From positions 124,001 through 146,356 of the forward strand of contig MEDY01000069.1 in assembly GCA_001724265.1 (NCBI GenBank): a stretch of DNA of 22,356 bases, read 5' to 3'. This DNA is from Rhizaria sp. SCN 62-66. Its lineage: Eukaryota. The notes under the pieces are model-generated. The model ran no database searches. It worked only from the letters and a program-made list of their open reading frames with translations, and was not told where the DNA came from. Both the position numbers and the translations under genes were made by a program. Below, one piece after another: positions 10,745-16,856 of the stretch. Numbering within the stretch: the first letter of the stretch is position 1; every line of letters begins with the position of its first letter.

Positions 10745-10900
10745 GCTCTTTTATTCCACCGACCAGCGAGAAATCTCAGACTCTGAAGCACTGGACAGGC
10801 CAGAACACGCGCATATGTTTGCGAATGCTTTATAGATCACACCCAAAACAATAACAAATATGATATACAAAGCCCCTTAATTATCCAACAGTAAAGCATT

Positions 10901-10926
10901 ATGTTTCGTATGCATGTTTCGTATGT
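10901..10926. repeat. 13-nt tandem duplication ATGTTTCGTATGC / ATGTTTCGTATGT
   Basis: Two adjacent copies, 12/13 identical, in the convergent NAT10-SEC12 spacer. Confidence 0.8.
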
Positions 10927-11102
10927 ATTCCTAAATGGAAAAGCTACAACAGATGAACAACATCATAGAATTTCTAAATGTGGATCATACTAGACAAGAA
11001 TCTATAAACAACTCAAATAAAACTAGACAATGCTGAATAAATTACGACCCATCGATGTCTTTTAATGAACAGCAAGTGGGTGGGTCATTGTTCATCCGAC
11101 CA

Positions 11103-13823
11103 TTAAAAGCCGCCTGTGGCCGAGTCGCCCGCGTCCTCACCCAAATGCACGCTGAAGTGCTGCACCAGGAGCGCGAGGAACACAACCAGCAGCAGATTGG
11201 CTGCGAACAGCAGAAACTGTGAGCGTACGCAGCAGCGCCACACGGGGCAGCACAGCACGGCGTCGCACACGCACGACGCGACGCCCTTAGCGCAGCACCC
11301 AGCTGCCTTCTCGGGCCGCACGGGCACCATGACGATGCCGCGCGAGGCCGAGACGGCGAGCAGCACGCGCGACGACGGGTCGAACGCCATCCCCGTGCAC
11401 GGCAGGCCGAAGAAACAGCGCTCCATGCGCGCCACGTGCGACAGAGGCGGCAGACCGGCGACGGACTTACGGAACTCGGCGTCCAGTCCCTGCGACGCCA
11501 GCGCGGCCGCGCGCGCCGCCGCGGGGGCGGGCCCCGTGAGCACGTAGAGCGACTTGAGCGTTGCCACTGCAATGAACTGGCCGTTAGGCGACACAACGGT
11601 CGAGATAGCGTTGTCGTCGCTCGAGATAAGCATCTCCGACGACAGACGGATCCCGCGTGCGCGGCCGCCGTTGGGCAGCTTGGCGCCCGCAGCGGCATGC
11701 GCGGCAGCTGCGGCGGGCGTCTTGCCGGGCGGCCCCGCGGCAAACTGCGGCGGCAGCGCGGGCGCGTCGTACAGCGAGTGCGGCACGATGTACCGGCTCA
11801 GGTAGCTGGGCCCGTTCTGGCGGTGCTTCTGCGTACGCCGCTGGTTGCTCAGCACCAGCAGCACGTCCGCCTTGACCTTCGCAGCCGCAGCGGCCGCAGC
11901 AGCGGGGTCAGCGTTGGGTGCAGCGGGCGGCACCCAGTACACCGCAGAGCGCAGCTCCATGCCTTCCTCGGCCGTAAACACCGCGATGGGCAACAGCGTC
12001 TCGGGGTCGCAGCCGCGGAACGCAGCCTCGAGCGACGCCGACGCCGCCGCGGGAGCAGCAGAAGAAAAAGCAGAAGCGCCGCTGCTCTTGCTCTCAGGCG
12101 CGTCGCCGGCCTTCGGCTTGTTCGCGGCTGCGCTATGACCCGTCGCGGCGTTGAACTTGTCCGCACGCCCTGCGCCGTCCAAGTAGTCGACAGGGATGCG
12201 GGCGCCAGTGCTGCGGACCTCCTCGACGGTGGGCGCGCGCCAGAAGCGCACCGCGTCCTCGGGGTCGCGCTCGCACGTGGTGAGCAGCGCGCGGCCGCAG
12301 GGCGACCAGTGCAGCGTCTTGACCGGCGTGGCGTGGATCGCGGCGGGCAGAAACAGTGGGGACACGAACGGCAGCGGCGGCGCGGGCGCAGGCGAGTAAG
12401 GCGACACGGCCAGAGGGTTCAGCCGCGGGGTGAAGGCGACAAGAGCGGAGAAGTTGGAGCGCGTGCCGTTGCTGTTGTTGAAGCCTGCACGAGCGGCGGC
12501 GTTGCTGGGGACAAGCTTGCCCCCGTTGTTGTGGCGCGCGGGCGTCTGCGGCACCGAGCCTGGCACCACGCGCGCGTTGCCCGCGAGCGTTTTGAGCGCC
12601 ACAGGCGCGGCGTTGCTCCCGTCGCCTTCGCCGTTGCCGGCATCGGAGCCTGGGGAAGCGAGCGCGCCCGCACTGCTGGTGTTGCTGTTGTTCTGACCAG
12701 GCGTCATCGTAGGGACAACTGCGGTGTAAAGCAGGTCCTCGTCGTCCATGAGGAACACGCGCACAACGCCGTCCTGGCCGCCGGTGGCCAGCAGCCGGCC
12801 GTCAGGCGACCACACGGCGCATGACTGCACGCCCTGGCGTGCGGCGAAGTCGGAGCGGAAAGCGAAACGCTTCAGTGGACGCTTGCGGCCCACGGCGCCG
12901 CCAACAGCAGAGCCCGGGGACGCCATGCCAGCGCCGGCCGGGGAAGCGCCAGCGTAGGACGCGGACGAGGACGAAGATGAGGAAGGGGAGAGAGCGGGAA
13001 ACGATGACGACGGCGATGCGAGACGCGAGCGCGCGGAGCCTAAGCCGCCCGCAAACCGCTGCGGACCGATCGGACTCGAAAATGCACTAGTCGCAGCGGC
13101 AGCAGAGTGAGCAGCGGAGTCAGAGGCAGCCGCGCCGTCGGTATCCTTGGGCTTGAAGGGCGGGAGCGAGGTGGAGCATACGGAGCCGCCACCGCGGGAC
13201 TCGAGGATGACGGTGCACACGCCCGCGCTGACCGCCATTAGCGGAGCGCCCGTGGGGGCCGCGCCGTCGGCCGAGTCCGTCGCCGAGGCAGAGGCAGAGG
13301 CAGAAGCAGAAGCGGAAGCGGCGGAGAGAGTAGCGAGCTTGGGGCCGTAGCGCGGGGTCGAGTGCCCGGAAGCGCGGCCAGCGCCGGTGGCGGCGCCACC
13401 AGAGGAAGGGAGCAGCGGGGCCGGAAACAGGTAATTGTGCGGGGTGACGGAGAGCGAGAGCACCATCTCGTCGTCGGTGGACACCTCGCCGACGGCCTGC
13501 AGGTAAGGCGTCTGCGGAATGGTCGCAGTGCCGGCCGCCACGTCGTCAGGGGGGATCAACGCCTCGAAAGGCAGGTTCGCGTCAACAGCCTCGCCGTCGA
13601 TCATGCGGCAGGCGACGATGGCGCTGCGCACGCCCATGCCGCGGGAGCCGCCGCCACCGCCGATGAAGGCCGTGCCGTCCGCGTCCCAGTGGCAGCAAAA
13701 GAGCGGGAAGCCGATGTCGGAGGAGCGCGACTCGGCCTCGTCGATGCCGCGGTAGTGGTAGAACTCGTATGGCTTGCCCTCGGGAAACGTCGGGGTGCGA
13801 CGCTTGCGCTCGGTGACAGACAT
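11103..13823 (-). CDS. SEC12: Sec12/PREB-like WD40 guanine-nucleotide exchange factor for Sar1, 906 aa, C-terminal membrane anchor
   Basis: N-terminal GFPLF...FIGGGGGSRGMGVRSAI resembles the Sec12/PREB glycine-rich K-loop. WD40 segments QSCAVWSPDGRLLATGGQDGVVRVF, HATPVKTLHWSPCGRALLT, ISTVVSPNGQFIAVAT and CTGMAFDP. Single hydrophobic helix FLLFAANLLLVVFLALLV near the C-terminus. No internal AT-rich intron seen. Confidence 0.82.
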   Translation of the reverse strand: MSVTERKRRTPTFPEGKPYEFYHYRGIDEAESRSSDIGFPLFCCHWDADGTAFIGGGGGSRGMGVRSAIVACRMIDGEAVDANLPFEALIPPDDVAAGTATIPQTPYLQAVGEVSTDDEMVLSLSVTPHNYLFPAPLLPSSGGAATGAGRASGHSTPRYGPKLATLSAASASASASASASATDSADGAAPTGAPLMAVSAGVCTVILESRGGGSVCSTSLPPFKPKDTDGAAASDSAAHSAAAATSAFSSPIGPQRFAGGLGSARSRLASPSSSFPALSPSSSSSSSASYAGASPAGAGMASPGSAVGGAVGRKRPLKRFAFRSDFAARQGVQSCAVWSPDGRLLATGGQDGVVRVFLMDDEDLLYTAVVPTMTPGQNNSNTSSAGALASPGSDAGNGEGDGSNAAPVALKTLAGNARVVPGSVPQTPARHNNGGKLVPSNAAARAGFNNSNGTRSNFSALVAFTPRLNPLAVSPYSPAPAPPLPFVSPLFLPAAIHATPVKTLHWSPCGRALLTTCERDPEDAVRFWRAPTVEEVRSTGARIPVDYLDGAGRADKFNAATGHSAAANKPKAGDAPESKSSGASAFSSAAPAAASASLEAAFRGCDPETLLPIAVFTAEEGMELRSAVYWVPPAAPNADPAAAAAAAAKVKADVLLVLSNQRRTQKHRQNGPSYLSRYIVPHSLYDAPALPPQFAAGPPGKTPAAAAAHAAAGAKLPNGGRARGIRLSSEMLISSDDNAISTVVSPNGQFIAVATLKSLYVLTGPAPAAARAAALASQGLDAEFRKSVAGLPPLSHVARMERCFFGLPCTGMAFDPSSRVLLAVSASRGIVMVPVRPEKAAGCCAKGVASCVCDAVLCCPVWRCCVRSQFLLFAANLLLVVFLALLVQHFSVHLGEDAGDSATGGF
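13282..13323 (-). repeat. Degenerate 6-nt coding repeat encoding an (AS)n tract in SEC12
   Basis: + strand GCCGAG GCAGAG GCAGAG GCAGAA GCAGAA GCGGAA GCG; translates on the minus strand as ASASASASASASA. Confidence 0.8.
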
Positions 13824-14758
13824 CGCAAAAGGGCTAGAGGGAACGCCGCTGGGAGAAGGAACGAACGAGGGTGGGCTAACGGTACGACAAGCGAGAGGGG
13901 ACAGTGGAAGTAACGAGGAAGTCTACAAGCAAGAACAAGAGGTGGTGTAGAGTGCGTGCGTGAGACAGGTAATGGCAATGATTTTTAGTCCTCTACGCTC
14001 GTCACATGTGTCGAGAGTGCAATAGCGAAGTGGCAGCAAGCTTGATATGGAGGAGCGTCGGCGAGACTATGCCTCCTCTCAAGCCTCCACTTAACGACAG
14101 ATCCCCTGCCCACATCAGCTCGTCGTGGACAATACATGTTTACAAAGCGGCACAACGCAACGTGTTGTACTCTGACAGTTCATAGAATCACTATTCATTC
14201 ACGCAACTTCGAATGTGCAAGCGTCCACGTCAGCGGGCCTTGTTCCTCGACTTCATTGTCATTGATCCGCCGCGACCGCGAAAACCCGGAATTTTTAGGA
14301 ACACTCGTGGATGGACTGGCCGAGATGTGGTGACATTGAGAAATTGTCGAGTGTATCACGCATCTATCGTCAATCCGCCATCTAAGTGCTTGGCTGGTGT
14401 TGTGCAGTGCTGTTGTCTATGTTCTGTAAATTGTTAAATCTGTGCTACCGGTGTGCTTGCGTGCTAGACATCAAAGAGCTCACTCTCTTCCGTCTTCTGG
14501 CCTCTGTGTGACGTTGTTCGTACACGGACCACCGCTTGCTTCTCTGAAACAGACCTTTACTTTTGCACACAGAGCAGTCTTAATATCATTGTTTGATACA
14601 TAGTCTTGCTTTGAGTCCTGGTTATTCCTGATAAAAGTACAAAAAGGCTCTTTGTCGCCGCTCTACATCGTCCCAAGCGAGCTGCTGCTGATCCACACTC
14701 CACACCCGCAACTGGTCGTTTCTTCGCGCTATCGCGTTTCACACACAACCCGCCGCCA
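13824..14758. promoter_or_regulatory. Putative bidirectional promoter region between head-to-head SEC12 and the TBP-like gene (935 bp)
   Basis: Divergent ATGs at 13823 (-) and 14759 (+), pyrimidine-rich leaders on each side, and a central CG-rich island near 14220-14330. Inferred from geometry only. Confidence 0.55.
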
Positions 14759-16110
14759 ATGAGTGACTCAGAGTCCGAGTGGGAGGACGACCCCAATGAG
14801 GTCTGCACGGCCCCCATCGCCGTCAAGTCAGAGCTCACACCCTCATCCAACTCGTGTGCTGCTGATGCGTCCTTGGTCAAGACCGAGGCCCCGATCGAGG
14901 CCGCGCTGTCTAACACTGACCGGTGCAAGCTGGCAGTCAAGTCGCGGCGCGAGTATCTGTGCCAACTTGACGGGTACGAGAAAGAGATCCTTGCTGCGCT
15001 GAAACGCGAAATGAACGTACGTCTCTAGGATTATCAAACAATAGGCTTGGTTTCTCTTTCGACTTTCGAAAAGAGACGACTCGAATGGTACAATACTTTC
15101 AATCAGCGACTGTTGTGTTGATGAGATATCTTTTACTGTATATCAAGAACGCTTACTCACCAATTTCTCGTCATACGCAACTCTTTGCTTGAATCGCTTT
15201 CTCTCTGCTTCCACACACAGATCACCGCGTCGATCGCGGCCATGTCTTCGCAGTTCAACCTGGGCGGCAACATCGACCTGGACAAGCTCGTCGCCTTCGC
15301 GCCCAACGCCGAAATTGACAAGAAGCGTCGTCCTAACGTGCACATCCGCCTCCGGAACCCGCACTGCTCGGCGCAGGTCAACCCCGGTGGCTTCGTGTCG
15401 ATCCTCGGCGGCCGTTCGCGCTCCGAGATGTACAACGCGTCGCGCCTCGTCGCCGAGATGGTCGTGCGCTCCCGGGCGTTTGAGCGCGCAACGGTTAAGG
15501 ACTTTAAGATTAACAACATTGTCATGTCGTGCAAGACCAGGCTCAAGCTGCGGCTCGACGAGGTCGAGCGCGAGCTGCTGCGCCAGCGCATCGATGCGCA
15601 TTCCGACATCACCGTGTTCCCGTGCGTGCGCGTGAAGCTCGAGTACCCGCGCAAGCACTCGAGCAAGATCTTCTCCACGGGCGCGTTCATCATCATGGGT
15701 CTGACGCATATCGCCGATAGCGTCGTGTCGATGAAGGAGCTGTACGAGCTCATCCTACGGCTGATGCCGCACACTGAGATGCGCGCTGAAGCGGACGAAG
15801 GAGGGGCTGGGGCATCGGTACGTATTGTGGGGCTGTTGAACTTGAGCTGTGTCGCATTTTCGCAATTGTTATCAACAAAGCTGGAACCGTAGGAAATCAT
15901 TCTACATGAACACACATTTGTGAAATATGCTGAGAATTTGTTGTATGAATGTATGTTGATTTTGTGTGCATCATCAAACTGTTTAGCTCACCTGCATTGT
16001 GTCCCGTCTTTCCTCTGCTTAATGCTCGCTTGCTGGTTTTCTAGGGGGATGATGATGCCAATATTGCCCCCGAGGACGATTATGACGAATTGATGCACCC
16101 TGAGCTATGA
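14759..16110 (+). CDS. Divergent TATA-binding-protein family factor (TBP-like/TRF), 306 aa; exons 14759-15016, 15221-15817, 16045-16110
   Basis: Exon 2 aligns nearly gap-free with the two-repeat TBP core: LGGNIDL~LGCRLDL, NAEIDKKR~NAEYNPKR, IRLRNP~MRIREP, GGRS~GAKS, ASR, DFKINNIVMSC~DFKIQNIVGSC, LRL~IRL, VFPC~LFPG, IFSTG~IFVSG, LYELI~IYPVL. Both introns are GTACGT...AG and phase 0. The last exon gives an acidic tail GDDDANIAPEDDYDELMHPEL* and is the least certain part. Confidence 0.88.
15017..15220 (+). other. Intron 1 of the TBP-like gene (204 nt, phase 0)
   Basis: AAC|GTACGT...pyrimidine tract...CACACAG|ATC. AT-rich, with an in-frame stop if retained. Confidence 0.88.
15818..16044 (+). other. 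Intron 2 of the TBP-like gene (227 nt, phase 0)
   Basis: TCG|GTACGT...GCTCAC (15986-15991)...TTTTCTAG|GGG. GC content drops abruptly at 15818. Confidence 0.75.
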
Positions 16111-16263
16111 GACTAATTGAGCTGAGTGCCTGACCCCTGAGGAAGCGTGTACTTTCAACAAATGTTGTCTCAAAAGTGAGAACAGACAACTCTGTCACAC
16201 AATACGTCAACCTAACGTCTTACAGCACTGAACCTAAACAGTAGAAATAGCAACTTTGAACGA

Positions 16264-16311
16264 TGTGGCACTTTACGCCACAGACTGTGGCACTTTATGT
16301 CACGGACTGTG
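16264..16311 (+). repeat. Tandem 22-nt repeat (2 copies plus a 4-nt remnant), each unit a hairpin
   Basis: TGTGGCACTTTACGCCACAGAC (16264-16285) and TGTGGCACTTTATGTCACGGAC (16286-16307), 19/22 identical, followed by TGTG. Confidence 0.85.
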
Positions 16312-16856
16312 CCCGATAATTTTATTACGGGTTGACATGCAAAGCGTGTCAATTCCAGCTTTAATACACAACACAAACTTCTGATCGTAACAATGTGTCA
16401 CGTGTGTTTTACATCTACACACTGTATATGTTAAAGTTGAAAAGTGCGACGCAATGAGTTGGGGATAAACGTACATTCACGTCAAACAATCGGGACACGC
16501 ATTATACGCACCCGAGTTTAATGTCTTGCTTGTGGTATCGACCTATATGTGAAAGTTGAGTGGTGGCTGGTGAGACAAACGAACTTGTGGTGGAACGAAA
16601 AGACGTGGGATTGACGATACAAAAACATGTCATAACGTCCACTCCCGTCGTCATACCGTGACATGGGTGTTTGGAGGGATTGAAATACGTCGTTTATACT
16701 AGCCTTTCTTTTAATATATTCTGAATTTGCGTGTGTCTCGTTCTACGTAGCTTTTCCTTCAGGCGCTTCCTCCCTGTTCAAATCCCAGAAGTTCGGTCTC
16801 CCGTCTTGCCGTCGACACGCTCTTCCTCGAGCCAACGCTGCTCTCAGCGTAGTCTC

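Noticed and set aside
10905-10917. TTCGTATGCATGT shared with 20731-20743 in an ABCB intron
   Set aside because: No flanking similarity, terminal repeats or target-site duplication, so not evidence of a mobile element.
16626-16665. Inverted repeat CATGTCA...TGACATG upstream of the ABCB gene
   Set aside because: Only 7 bp with no supporting copies, consistent with chance.
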